DNA of 63,846 nucleotides, filler included, from Craspedostauros australis (GCA_030167865.1; 13 parts of 13 records of this genome joined end to end with filler, not necessarily neighbours in it), one strand, 5' to 3'. Numbered from the whole stretch's first letter, positions 23,848 to 36,739 are shown. The notes: generated from the letters alone by a model not told the origin. A program made the numbers and translations.

Positions 23848-26800
23848 GTGACGACCGCAGCAGGAGTGCCCGGACGTGCACATCCGGAGGTACCACAAGA
23901 GTCCCGTCCGTGTACAACCCACCCAACAATGGAGCACTGCATCCGAAGGGCGAGAGTAACGAATAGCCAAGGCTTTATCATCCTAGACTCAGGGGCGGAC
24001 GGAGACATCGTTCATGCGTTGGGCTGGGAGGTGACCCACACACACCAACAAGAGTTTCGTGCCCGAGGGGCGACGATCAACTCACCAATCGAGACATTCC
24101 AGATGGTCGACGCGGTGGCAGCATACGAGCCCCCATCAGACGGCGTGATCCTCATTAAAGCGAACTACGTGGCTCTCGACAAGCATCCACAGCAGACGGA
24201 ATCACTGTTTAACACACATCATATGCGCGCGTCAGGACTGAACGTCTACGATCGCCTAATCGAACATCAGGGACAGCAGCGGGTCTCATTGGATGAAATC
24301 AGCATACCACTGGAGAACCATGAAGGCAACACGCTCCGAATTCCCATCAGAAAGCCAACAGCCCATGAGATGGCGACAGCACGGCATATCATTATATGCG
24401 ACAGACACCAGCGTCTACGGCGCAATGCGGGTCGGGTCGATTTCACGCGAATCTTCCGACACCTTCCACCACACGTGGTGGAGAAGACAATGGCGGCATC
24501 CACTCAGCTGGCGGATACTCCAATCGAGGCAGAGTCACGGCTTATCCCGCGGCAGTATCGAGCTCAGCGAGCAGGAGTGCTGCAACCCAACAGAATCGAC
24601 GGCAGAGTTGACACGGACACGTTCTTCTCTACCGTCCAGTCCGTCCGGCACTACAAGTGCTTCCAGCTATTCTCGCACAACCAATCGAAATTCATCTGGG
24701 CGAAGCCACTGAGCCGCGAGGCCATGGCGCCAGGGGCGCTCACGGATTTCATCATCCGCGTCGGCGCTCCGGATCTGCTCGTTTCAGACAATTCGCAGGT
24801 GCAGTCGGGCAAGGCATGGAAAGCGGTCACATCCCGCTATCTGATCAAGCACCAATTCACGGTGCCAATGAACCAGAACCAGAATCACGCAGAACGGGCG
24901 ATCGGCGATGTCAAGCGGCATGCATACCAGCTTCTGTGGGCCGCCTCGGCGCCACTCTCTTTCTGGTGCTACGCTGTGCAACACGCGATCGACACATGGA
25001 ACTACACGGCGAAAGCAAGCCTCCAATGGCGTACTCCGATCGAGATTCTTCGCGGCAACACTCCCGACATCTCGATGTTTCGTTTCACGTTCTTCCAACC
25101 CGTATGGTTCTTCGAACCCATGACCAAATTTCCCAACCATCCATTCAAGCCGGGGTACTTCCTTGGCATCGCATGGAATCACGGCGATCCATTCACCTAC
25201 ACCATATGGTCTCCACGGGGCGATGACATCACGAAGGGCACCGCGCTTGTGCGCAACATCGTCAAGCCGCGTGTTGTCGAAGACGCCATTCCTCCACGCA
25301 TCACCGACGCGGAGATCAACCGCATCGCTCGACTCGATATAATCCACACCACCACGCGCGGCGAGTCCGGCGAACGCGCCAGAACCAAGACATTGCCGGC
25401 GGAACTCGCTCGACAGGTCCGCGAGGCCATCGACGCGATTGCTGTGCAGTCAGGGGCGGCGGCGGGTCCACCGGAGCCGGAGACGCAGGAGGTCAGGGGC
25501 GTATCCGAGAATAACACTCCAGCAGGCACGGCTGACCGATGGTTCGGTCAACCAAACATAATTCCCAACGACGGCGACATGCCGGAACATAATGCACACG
25601 GCGTCATCTCAGATGACGACGGCGACGCATCCACGGGTAACATCTCTGAGGAGACCGATGACTCCGAAGTCACGGCGATGCCAGATCCTCCGGAGCACCG
25701 CNNNNNNNNNNNNNNNNNNNNNNNNNNNNNNNNNNNNNNNNNNNNNNNNNNCCATCGACGCGATTGCTGTGCAGTCAGGGGCGGCGGCGGGTCCACCGGA
25801 GCCGGAGACGCAGGAGGTCAGGGGCGTATCCGAGAATAACACTCCAGCAGGCACGGCTGACCGATGGTTCGGTCAACCAAACATAATTCCCAACGACGGC
25901 GACATGCCGGAACATAATGCACACGGCGTCATCTCNNNNNNNNNNNNNNNNNNNNNNNNNNNNNNNNNNNNNNNNNNNNNNNNNNNNNNNNNNNNNNNNN
26001 NNNNNNNNNNNNNNNNNNNNNNNNNNNNNNNNNNNNNNNNNNNNNNNNNNNNNGAGAGAGAGCATGACGAGCTGTTCCGAAATCAGGTCGAAAACGAGAA
26101 ATCTGACGACTTGGCAATCAACTCCATCCTCAGCCACGCATTCAGAGACGGACATCTACACTTCAACGTGAAATGGTCCAACACTGAAACGCAGTGGTTC
26201 CGATACGACGTGATTCGAGCAGACCATCCCGAAATGGTAGCACGATACATCATCAACAATGAACCACGACGCAATGGTCGACACAATCGACAATCGCAAG
26301 TCCTACTCAAGTGGGCAAAACACGCTCTGCGAGCCATCAGGCGCAGAATCCGCAGAATCGAGCAGACTCGAGCCTTCACAACGGATGAGAACGACAATAT
26401 CATCATCATCAGACGAATCCGTCCAGGCAAGAAGAAGCCAAAACGAGACTACTTCGCCACTGTATACCAATACGGTGTCGAGGTCCCACGCAACATGAAG
26501 CATGCATTGCAACTGGATGAGGCCAACGGGGATCACCAATGGAGAGACGCAGCGAAGAAAGAGATCGACGCATTGATCGAACTCGACTGCTTCACATTCC
26601 ACCCATCGACATACCAACCACCAGCAGACTATCAGAGCACGAAACTCCGACTCATATTCGCGGTCAAGCAAGATCTGCGACGTAAGGGGCGCTTGGTAGC
26701 AGGCGGGCATCTCATCGAGCTGGCGGACAACATCCGAGTCTACTCTTCAACCGTCAAGTCGACAAGCGTCCGCATCCTTGATGCAATAGCAGATGCAAAC

Positions 26801-27753
26801 AACCTGCAACAGCTATGTGGCGATGTCGGCAACGCATTCGTCAATGCGTACACCAATGAGAAGATCTACGCGACAGCAGGAAAGGCATTCGACAACAAAG
26901 AAGGACAAGTCATTGTGCTCAAGAAAGCACTGTACGGTCTTCGGTCGAGCGCTCAACGATTCCATGCACACTTCGCTAACACTCTCTCATCAATGGGATT
27001 CACGCCATCCCGGCATGATCAAGATGTATGAATCCAGCGCAGAGACGACTCTGGCTACGACTACATCTGCACCCACGTGGACGACTTCAAGATAGTCGCC
27101 AAAGACCCAGATCAGTACATGAAAGCGATCCAACAAGTCTACACAGTCAAAGACATCGGACCGCCGAAGTACTATCTTGGCAATGATTACTCCAGGAACG
27201 CAAAAGGAAAATGGAGCGTCGGATGCGACAAATACATTTCCAATGCTCTGGACAAGATCGAACAGCTCCATGGGGAACTGCATGACCAACATGTGCCCAT
27301 GAAGAGCAAGGATCATCCGGAAACGGATGACACACCACTACTGACACCTGACGAGCAACAACAGTTCCAGCAGCTCATTGGCATGCTGAACTGGGTTGTA
27401 CAGCTCGGACGTTTCGACGTCGCATTTGCNNNNTCTTCTCTCTCACGTTTCACATCAACACCACGAAAAGGGCATCTCACGAGAGCACTTAAGATATGGG
27501 GATACCTCAAGAGCAAATCCACGCTAAGAACCATGATTGACTCAAAACCCATCGCATTCGAGAACTTCAATCCAGAATCGCCCAACCCGGAAATGGTTGC
27601 ACAGATGAAGGAAGAGTACCCTGAAGCGGCTGAGGACATTGACGATCAGGCACCGGCAGCGATATATCCTGAGATCCAGATGTGCGCATTTGTCGATGCG
27701 GACCATGCTCACGATCTGGTCACGCGGAGATCGAACACCGGCATCATCATCTT
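23848..27753 (+). mobile_element. Pol of CoDi-type Ty1/copia (protease-integrase-chromo-like-RT-RNase H), 3'-truncated, one premature stop
   Basis: IILDSGAD (protease); VDTDTFF / LVSDNS / QNHAERAIG (integrase); KGRLVAGGH, GDVGNAFV, LKKALYGL, THVDDF (RT); FVDADHAHDLVTRRS (RNase H). Copia domain order. TGA at 27029-27031 replaces the conserved W. Confidence 0.95.
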
Positions 27754-27853
27754 NNNNNNNNNNNNNNNNNNNNNNNNNNNNNNNNNNNNNNNNNNNNTTA
27801 ATTAATTAANNNNNNNNNNNNNNNNNNNNNNNNNNNNNNNNNNNNNNNNNNNN

Positions 27854-28097
27854 GCGCGACGAGCACACGATGTTGAGAGAGAGAGAATACAGAAAGGAGC
27901 GAGAGAGCATCTCGCGTACCGACTCATAGTCGGAGACCAAATCTACGAAACAGATTGAAGCGCCGAGAGCATCGGGCGAGAGAACGGGCGTACACCGAGA
28001 GCATCGGAGTAGCCAACTAATGAAATAGCAAACAGAAGACTATCAACCAACACCATCTTCCACGATTGTAGGTTACCATGCGCGGAACTTGCCAACA
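27854..28097 (+). mobile_element. Copia family A 5' LTR (3' part)
   Basis: Ends GCGGAACTTGCCAACA and is followed by leader and gag coding sequence. Confidence 0.85.
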
Positions 28098-28221
28098 CGT
28101 TTATAAACGATAGATCAGGGCGAGCCCGCGAATCGTATCGTGCGAGGAAGACGAACATCATTCAAGAGNNNNNNNNNNNNNNNNNNNNNNNNNNNNNNNN
28201 NNNNNNNNNNNNNNNNNNNNN

Positions 28222-29664
28222 CCGACTATCAAGCAAGAAGAAGGTGCGAGTGAGACTCCACCACGAGAAGAGAAGGAAGCAGCCGCGGCTACTGTCCTAT
28301 CAGGCGAAGACGCAAGCGCGATCGACGAGACCGAAGAGGAACGGTCTGCAAGGCAACATCGGGAGAAGGAGAGGATCCTCAAGGCGATCAAGCAAGAGGA
28401 GATGTTGGCAAGTTCCGCTCACGGTAACCTACAATCGTGGAAGATGGTGTTGGTTGATAGTCGTCTGTTTGCTATTTCATTAGTTGGCTACTCCGATGCT
28501 CTCGGTGTACGCCGTTCTCTCGCCCGATGCTCTCGTTGCTTCAATCTGTTTCGTAGATTCAGTCTCTGACTATGAGTCGGTACGCGAGATGCTCTCTCGC
28601 TCCTTTCTGTATTCTCTCTCTCTCAACATCGTGTGCTCGTCGCGCACGATANNNNNNNNNNNNNNNNNNNNNNNNNNNNNNNNNNNNNNNNNNNNNNNNN
28701 NGGCGCAGACGCAAGCGCGATCGACGAGACCGAAGAAGAACGGTCTGCAAGGCTACACCGCGAGAAGGAGAGGATCCTCAAGGCGATCAAGCAAGAGGAG
28801 ACTGGTGTGGCGGAGAGCATTCGCACAACCAAACGAAGTGGTAAAAGTGAGACACCACCAGGAGGAGAATTTGTGAGCAAATCAACCCTCGCGCAACAAC
28901 AGGCGAAAATCGAAGAATCGACAACACAGAAACAGACGGAAATCAAGGGCGCGAGCGCACCAACAACGAAACAACGAATCAACATGGCNNNNNNNNNNNN
29001 NNNNNNNNNNNNNNNNNNNNNNNNNNNNNNNNNNNNNNNNNNNNNNGAAGACTACAGCGCATGGGAGTCCCAAGCGAAGGCATACGCTCGTGCACAGAAG
29101 ACAAGAGACGTGATGTTGGGCAAGACCAAGGTGCCAACAGTGAGTGAGATCGCGGCAGCCGCCGGTGAAGCCAAGGAAGCAATGGAAGAGATCTACGAGC
29201 TGGGATGCGACTGCTTCAGCGATCTGATCCTCATGATGGATGCAGAGAAAGGAAAAGGCAAGCANNNNNNNNNNNNNNNNNNNNNNNNNNNNNNNNNNNN
29301 NNNNNNNNNNNNNNNNNNNNNNNNNNNNNNNNNNNNNNNNGCGGAGAAGTTCCGACCATCCGATGCGGTGACGAAGATCAAACTCAAGCGCCAATTCAAC
29401 AACGAAAAGATGAAGAGAGACACGGACCCCGAAATCTACATCACGCAACTTGAGAGTCTACGATCACGTCTCCACGATGTCAAGTACGAGATCACGGACG
29501 ACGAAATGATCATGCAGATCCTCAGCACGGTGAGCAACGAGTACAGAACTCACATCGTGAACTTCCAACACCAACTCACATTCAATCCGGAACTGGTTAC
29601 CATCAACACGATCAGAGGAGTACTCCGCACTGCATACGCCACTCACAGAGGAGGCAAGGCATAC
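28222..29664 (+). mobile_element. Gag (UBN2/Retrotran_gag_2-like) of Copia family A, fragmented by gaps
   Basis: EDYSAWESQAKAYA, CFSDLIL, KFRPSD...KLKRQF...DPEIYITQLESLRSRL...ITDDEMIMQIL..VSNEY. Confidence 0.85.
28403..28651 (-). mobile_element. Copia family A LTR end inserted in reverse orientation into family A gag
   Basis: TGTTGGCAAGTTCCGC begins directly after the ...KAIKQEE codons and is the reverse complement of 27854-28097. Confidence 0.85.
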
Positions 29665-31548
29665 NNNNNNNNNNNNNNNNNNNNNNNNNNNNNNNNNNNN
29701 NNNNNNNNTTAATTAATTAANNNNNNNNNNNNNNNNNNNNNNNNNNNNNNNNNNNNNNNNNNNNCTTTGTTTTTCTGGCTTGCACAACTTCTTTTTGGAT
29801 GTGGGGTTTGGAGAGTTGGCCTGTGGAGCTTCTTCATCTTCATTTTGTTGAGATGGATGCCCTTGACCTCCATGAATACCGTCCTTGCTGCAATTCATGC
29901 AGCTGTCACATGTGTGGATAGGATCTGTCCAATTTCCACATCGAAGAGGAGAAGATGTTGGATGTTGCCAACAGTCGCACCATGATTTGCAACATCAGCA
30001 GGTTGGATTCTGTGGTTAGTTTGTTGTCGTCCGCGTTGCTGAACAGCTGCTTCCACTGTTCGAAGGATACTCCGTCCGCCAGATCGTCCCTCATCTCCTT
30101 TACAAAGTCAATGGGCTTGTCAAATGTGTCCTCTTCCCCAGATGCAACTTGGAAAGGTTCCAAGCCCCATGTCATCAGGTTCCTCTTGCGGAGGTTGCCA
30201 CCCCAACTTCTCTTGTGCTGATGACTCCAAGTCCAATGGTTCTTGTTTTCAGTGGGTTGTTTTTTGGCGTCTTTTTGCCTGGAGAGTTGCTTGCCACCTC
30301 GGCCTCCTTGTCCTGGACATCCTTGTGCCATGGTCGGCGTCGATCAAGCGCTCTGGTTGACTTTGCCAGAGCCGTTTTGTGCGCCTGTGCGCACCATTGT
30401 CAAAGATTTTGTTCTAGTACTGATTCTACAGGTTCTACGTGAGAATTTTCATACTGGTCCTACGTACGTCATCAACTGTGGAAGAGCCANNNNNNNNNNN
30501 NNNNNNNNNNNNNNNNNNNNNNNNNNNNNNNNNNNNNNNNNNNNNNNNNTGGACAGGGGATGCCGAGGTCATCTGCTGAGCTGTTGGCATGGTGCGGAAA
30601 GAGACTGGTGGCAGTGGTGTTGTTTTCCATGTTGTTTTTGTGTTGTGATTCGTGTGCTTCCAGATTCATTGACACCAAAATAACAAGCCGAGAGGAGAGT
30701 AGATGAACAACAGCCAGCAGCCAGAGATGGCTGTTGGCGACGACGAGCAGAGAGGAGGTCCAAAGGAACAAACAGAGAATAGATCTGAAATGAGGATGAG
30801 GCCGCAATAAGAGTAGGCATATGGAGGGAAGGCAGTGTGTGCTGATTGGGACATGGACAAAGCTCAACGTCACGGAACATAAACGGTAGCAGAACCGAGA
30901 ACAAGGCAGTGTGAAAGTCAAGCTGGGGGTCAAGATCTGGATTACCCACTGACCCACAACTCTGAATTTTGACAACTGATCCATGGCCCAGATGAATCAG
31001 CATCCTTGGCATGCCTACTGCTGCCACGCAATCCTCAACATTTCTTCAAAACCAACCGCCTCACCAACGCGAAATGTGATTGTGTCGATGATAGGCACGA
31101 CTGGATAAGAAAATCGAAGCACGACTGGAGTTTCCAACCCCAATTGCACGTCTACGTCCGCATGCCCAACGTGTTTAGAAATAGACTAATGCGAAAAAGA
31201 TAAACTTTTTAACTACAAGGATCAGGAGCTTGTTACTTCACACATATACTATCTACAACATTTTAGGATGAACGAAGTCCTCAAACTAAAAATCGGCACG
31301 AGAATACCTTTGTATCCTGAATGGGGTCATGCACAGACAAACAAAGCAGCAAAAACACAAACCAGCCACTGTCAAGCAGAGTAGTCGTATGCACGAGCTT
31401 TGATACACACGGATAACGACAACTGGATCCATCTCTTCCTTGCACCCTGCATCCCCTGAATGCTTCTGTTCTCATAATTCGGCACAACAAAGCAACACAG
31501 ACACAGACACGCATTCGCACCAATTCACATCAACACGCACCAGCAACC

Positions 31549-32751
31549 ATGCCGATCATCAAGAAAGATATCCTCGCTCTCGTCGTGGCTCAGAGCCTCG
31601 TCTCCAATGGCGTCGACGCGGTGCTGAACACCAACAAGAAGGCAGTCGCAGATGGCAAAATCGACGCCAATGCCAACGCCGCCAAGGCGAAGCTCATGGA
31701 GTTGGCAGCCAAACACAAGAGGGAAGATGCCAACATTCTATACTCGCAATTGCACTCTCACCTGCACTCTCACGATGGAAAGGTCGAGACCACAACAGAC
31801 AAGATCGCAGACAGCATCCGTGTGGGATAATATGGTATCCGGGAATCACATGCGGGACTCAATTGGTATCCAAGACACGAATCGATCGACTCGAAGGTAT
31901 CCGAGAGTCAAACATGTGACGCGATCGTATCCGAGACTGAGAAGGATCCCAGAAGCATAGCTCTACCGCCCCGCACAGTATACTACTTCAAATCGGATCC
32001 TGGAAGAGAGGCATGATTGGTTCAANNNNNNNNNNNNNNNNNNNNNNNNNNNNNNNNNNNNNNNNNNNNNNNNNNNNNNNNNNNNNNNNNNNNNNNNNNN
32101 NNNNNNNNNNNNNNNNNNNNNNNNNNNNNNNNNNNNNNNNNNNNNNNNNNNNNNNNNCACAGTTACAATGCATTCCTAAGTTGCTAGTTGTCACCAGAGC
32201 CAAGCAGCGTCCTCGTCCAAACCAGGCGAGTCCACTGCTGGGAAACAACAATCCGCCGTCCCCGTCATTCCATCTCCACCAACATCAAGGACAAGTACGC
32301 CGATCTCGGTCGCCTTCAAGCCCAAGATGCGTCCAACGATGAGGATGAGCATGCATCGCACGAGCACAGCACTCTGTCTGTTGGAATGGAGACAGACGAG
32401 ACTCGCGACGCCAACTGTCGTCAGCTCAAGGCCTCGAAATCGGCCAAACCGACCAAATCGTCGAAGTCCTCCAAGTCCTCAAAATCGGCCAAGTCCTCCA
32501 AGGCATTCAAGTCATGCTTCACTGGAACAGCCGAAGCTGTCACAGCCAAGTGCGCGGCCAAGGATGCCAGCTGTTGCGAAGCGTCGGTCAACGCCAGATA
32601 CCCCGCATGCTCTTGGAGCAGTGGGAGCTCTGTCACCGTCTGCCCCGACTCCTGCAACGGCGAGCAGGCTTGCTTCTTCAATCCCAACATCACGACGACC
32701 ATCCAGATTGCCTCCTACTCTTGCAACAGCGACAGAGCCTGCCAGTACACC
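31549..32751 (+). CDS. Secreted silaffin-like (KXX)n / Cys-rich protein, 3'-truncated (probable exons 31549-31819 and 32198-32751+)
   Basis: Signal-peptide-like N-terminus (ILALVVAQSLVSNGVDA). RQL is followed by KASKSAKPTKSSKSSKSSKSAKSSKAFK, then SCNGEQAC / SCNSDRAC repeats. A GT(31820)...CAG(32197) splice preserves frame, but the donor is weak and the intron spans a gap. Confidence 0.6.
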
Positions 32752-33504
32752 NNNNNNNNNNNNNNNNNNNNNNNNNNNNNNNNNNNNNNNNNNNNTTAAT
32801 TAATTAANNNNNNNNNNNNNNNNNNNNNNNNNNNNNNNNNNNNNNNNNNNNCTGGCATGCTTCTTATTCCATTCAACGATGTCAATTGTTGGAAGAAGTG
32901 CGGATGTAGCAATGAGAAGGAGGCCATTGATGCTCATTGATATCCAGTATACTCTACGATAAGAAGTTCAGGTGATTTTATGGTGGACGAACATNNNNNN
33001 NNNNNNNNNNNNNNNNNNNNNNNNNNNNNNNNNNNNNNNNNCCTAAGTACGATGTACACTTTTGTGCTAATCAAACTCGAGACTGCATTTTCAGAAGTCT
33101 ACCCTTGTGTCTACTTTGGGTAGACATTGGTCGTCTGTCGTGCATACGTAAGGTTCTTGAGCACACCACAGAGTTCTGTGTGATTTCCAACTATTGTGCG
33201 TCCTCCAAGGAGGAGACAAACACAGACAAACAGAAGGAGGAGACCATGCGAACAAGACAACAAGACAACAACACACACACACCACTCAACCCCATACTCA
33301 ACCGCGTGAACAACAGACATCGAATTGCCACTCATATTCATCACACAGTGTATGGTACTCATACTCATACTAATACAAGCTGTTGCAGACACAAACATCG
33401 ATATCTCTTCCATAGGCAGCTCCGACCACAGACATCCTCGACAGCCAATCCAACATAAATCGTCCAACGTCTATCGTCCAGCAACCATCCACCACACTCT
33501 CAAA

Positions 33505-35048
33505 ATGCCGAGTGTTACCAACCAACAACTCATTGATGCTGCCAAGGCCGGTGACTTGTCAGTGTTGAAGGAGTGGAAGAAGCAGAACAAGACGCAGAAT
33601 GAAGGAAATGGTGTCGACAATGTCACAGACTGGCTTGGTTGGACTCCCCTTCATGATGCATGCTGGAACGGCCACCTGGAGTGTGCGAAGTACCTCATCG
33701 AATCATGTGAGGCGAACATCAACTGCAAAGACAACTATGGTAACACTCCCCTTCATCTCGCATGCCACAAAGGCCAGCTGGAGTGTGTGAAGTACCTCAT
33801 CGCATCATGTGGAGCCGACGTCAACTGCCAAAACAACCAAGATGAAACTCCCCTTCATGTTGTATGCCGCAACGGCAAGTTGGAGTGTGTGAAGTACCTC
33901 ATCGAATCATGTGAGGCGAACATCAACTGCACCGCCAACAGTGGTTGGACTCCCCTTCATTATGCATGCTCCAACGACCACCTGGAGTGTATCGAGTCCC
34001 TCATGAGAGGACTTTCGCCTTCAGTTCACCCACAACTGCAACAACTGCAGCAACGCTTACAACAAAACGAGCAAGAGAATAAGCAGCCACAAGAACAGTT
34101 GGGACAGCAATTGACACAGAAGGAACAAGAGAATGAGCAACTGCAACAACAGCTGAGACACCAGTTGAAGCGAAAGAAGCAAGAGAATGAGCACAAACAC
34201 AGTACCCACAAGAGGACCAACGTCAGCATTGGAGAAGACAGCTCAGATCCTTCCAAACCGACAACAGGACAGACACCATCTTCTTGTGTGGACAAGGCGA
34301 CGAACAACAACGAATCAAAGCAAACTCTGAACTTCTCATGATCACCGTCCCATCCATTGAGACACTGATCGACAAAGGAATCCAACATCAATGCGCGCAT
34401 GATGGCACTCACGATGGAACTGAATCCATGCAAGTAACCATTCCTCTTCCCAATCTTCAACCAAGGCATGTCCGATAAATCCTCCAATGCATCTACACAG
34501 GCAAGATATTCTTCAATGACAGCGCTCGTGACAACTCTGCTGCTCACGTCAGTGCTCATGTTGGTGCTCACGCCGACACCCAACATGATACCGATGCCTC
34601 TTACCAGCCAACTCCCATCCTCACTGGACAAGATGATCTGCAACAGCTGATCCTTGTGGCCGACGAGTTCGGTTTCTGGCGACTCAAGCTTGTTCTTGAA
34701 GCAGAGTTGGCCCGCAAGCATCTCACAGAAGACACCATGATAGATGTGTTGATATTCGCCCATCAACGCAACTGCGTGGTGTTGAAGGATGCAGCAATGA
34801 GAATGGCAGCTGAAAGTGAGAAGGATACGTTCACTCATCTAGATTTAAGCAAACTGATTCTACAACCTCAACTGATGGTAGGCATTCATATCCTCCGCAG
34901 TGGGGGAGCGGAGAGTGATGGTATTGATGATGAGTACAGTCGTATGTCCATGATGGAGCTGCACAAGGTCATAAATGAGGAGAAGGGTACAGCACAAGTG
35001 GATTCATACATGGATCGGGCAACATTGGTGGACTTTGTCCGTCCCTGA
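33505..35048 (+). pseudogene. Ankyrin (4 repeats) - Gln-rich coil - BTB - BACK paralog with one frameshift and one in-frame TAA
   Basis: Highly similar to 19640-21068. The frame changes before LCGQGDEQQ (about 34270), and there is a TAA at 34476-34478. The ankyrin part alone (33505-34341) is an open ORF. Confidence 0.85.
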
Positions 35049-35249
35049 GTACCAAATCATCCAAAATGATTGAGCCAGATGGTGCTTCTGAAGAAGAGAA
35101 GTGCCAGACCATATCATGCCGTACCACACCACAACAGAAGTCTTTGAGAAGTGAACGCACGACGGATTGAGTTGATGGATAAAATAGTGGTCAGAATAGT
35201 CATTACCACAATATCTGTGTGAAAGGAGCCAGAGCAATAAGTGATCCAA

Positions 35250-36445
35250 TCATTAAATGGTGCGTCCGCCATGACTTGACCGTCGCCTTTGGTGATGTGC
35301 ACAGCATGCTGCTCTGCATGCTGCTCCATGCACTGCCGTATCGTTTGGAGCGCGGTCTGGCTAATCCGCGAGATACGCATGATCTTCTGTGCATGAATTG
35401 CAGATGATCCCGGTTGGTGTTCGGCACGTTGCCGTGCATCATCATTGGCCAATGCGACATGAAGAGGATGGAGCAGCCACCGCTGTCATCGTCGTGGTCG
35501 TCATTGCCGATCAAATGGTTTCCGCGTTCGTTGGCTTCGTTGGTGTGGAAGGAGTTGTGGGGGAAACGATGGCAGACCCCACAGGCGTCATGCATGGCTT
35601 GTTGGACTCGAATCCAACTTGATGAAGTGGAGCGTCCTGCGACTGTCAGTGTGTTGGTGGTGCTGCAGTTCGTGCATGATGTCGCGTAAGGCATACACGT
35701 ATGCCAGCAGCTGTATGGTTTTTGTATGGCCGACAAAGATGACGAGCAATGGGAGAAGTCGCCGATGTCATTGCACACGATATCTCTCATCTGTGGATGT
35801 GACGAGACAGTGCCTCTGTCTCATCGTTTGCGGTTTGTGGCTGCGACGCACCGCTTTGAGCATCGGTATGAACAGGCGTGCCTGGTTGTGGTGCGTGTTG
35901 TGGAAACTGAGGAGCATCTCCGAACACCAGGCTCTGCAGGTCTTGGAAGAAGTCGCTGCGTTTGATCTCACGGATGCACCCGTCCAACATGTGCTGCATC
36001 TCCGTTTCCGACAACGCATCGGACGTTCATGTGCATGCACGCTGCTCCTGATGACTTGAATCCAGACCGCACCACGGGCCATGACATGTCTTGCCATTGC
36101 TGTTGGTTATGTTGTTGATTCTGTTGTTGGCGCTGCCATTGCCCATGTCCCAAGCTCTCCTCTACTCAGGAGCAGTCGGTTTGATATCTTCGTTTCTGAT
36201 GTTGCTGAGCGATGTGGCACGTTGGAGATCGCTGTTCGTCACCGCTTGTCATTCATCATCTGTATCAGCGTCATCATCGGCATCGTCATCGTCTCTTGCC
36301 CATGGTCGCCTTCGTTGGTTCTGGTTGGCGTGCCATAGTTGCGCAGCCGCTGCTTGCTTGAGTACTTCATTGCTTCGCTGCTTTGTTGCTTGAGGTTCAA
36401 TGCGTCAGTGTTGGCTGATACCTCCACCAATGCAAACATAGTCAT
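35250..36445 (-). pseudogene. Decayed convergent hypothetical gene paired with ankyrin-BTB
   Basis: ATG at 36445 (MTMFALVEV...). Broken frames include MQHMLDGCIREIKRSDFFQDLQSLVFG and a Cys cluster CRIGQ**CTATC...IICNSC. Homologous to 21180-22124. Confidence 0.45.
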
Positions 36446-36695
36446 GCCATTTCATCACCCTCTCTTCCCTTCTCTCTTGTTGTGTTGATGTTGTTTGATG
36501 GATCACGACGCAAAATGGAAGATCCGTTGTTTTGGGTGGTGTCAAGAATTGTTGGCGCGTTTGTTGAGTACTCGTCTGTCTGTCATCCGTAGTTCATTCA
36601 ACCAATGACGCACACAAACACTCACAACCAACATCATCTCGCTGTTGTCTTCTGTCAGAACAGGTATTTGTATCTAGACAGTAGCAGTTTCGACT

Positions 36696-36739
36696 AAGGT
36701 GGCCTGGTAGGCAGAGCGGTTCGATTCCGCAGCACCTTA
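36696..36739 (+). ncRNA. tRNA-like RNA module in TRIM LTR1 (acceptor stem, D-like hairpin, T-arm; no anticodon arm)
   Basis: AAGGTG/CACCTT stem, GCC-TGGTA-GGC hairpin (A-box-like TGGCCTGGTAGG) and GCGG-TTCGATT-CCGC T-arm with B box GGTTCGATTCC. A36739 falls at canonical position 73. Confidence 0.75.

Noticed and set aside
27029..27031. TGA=Trp recoding suggested by several TGA codons at Trp positions
   Set aside because: Intact genes end in TGA (21068, 54473), TGG is used normally, and the affected genes carry other lesions.
36696..36739. Genuine tRNA gene
   Set aside because: Only 44 nt, no anticodon arm, and duplicated as part of LTRs.
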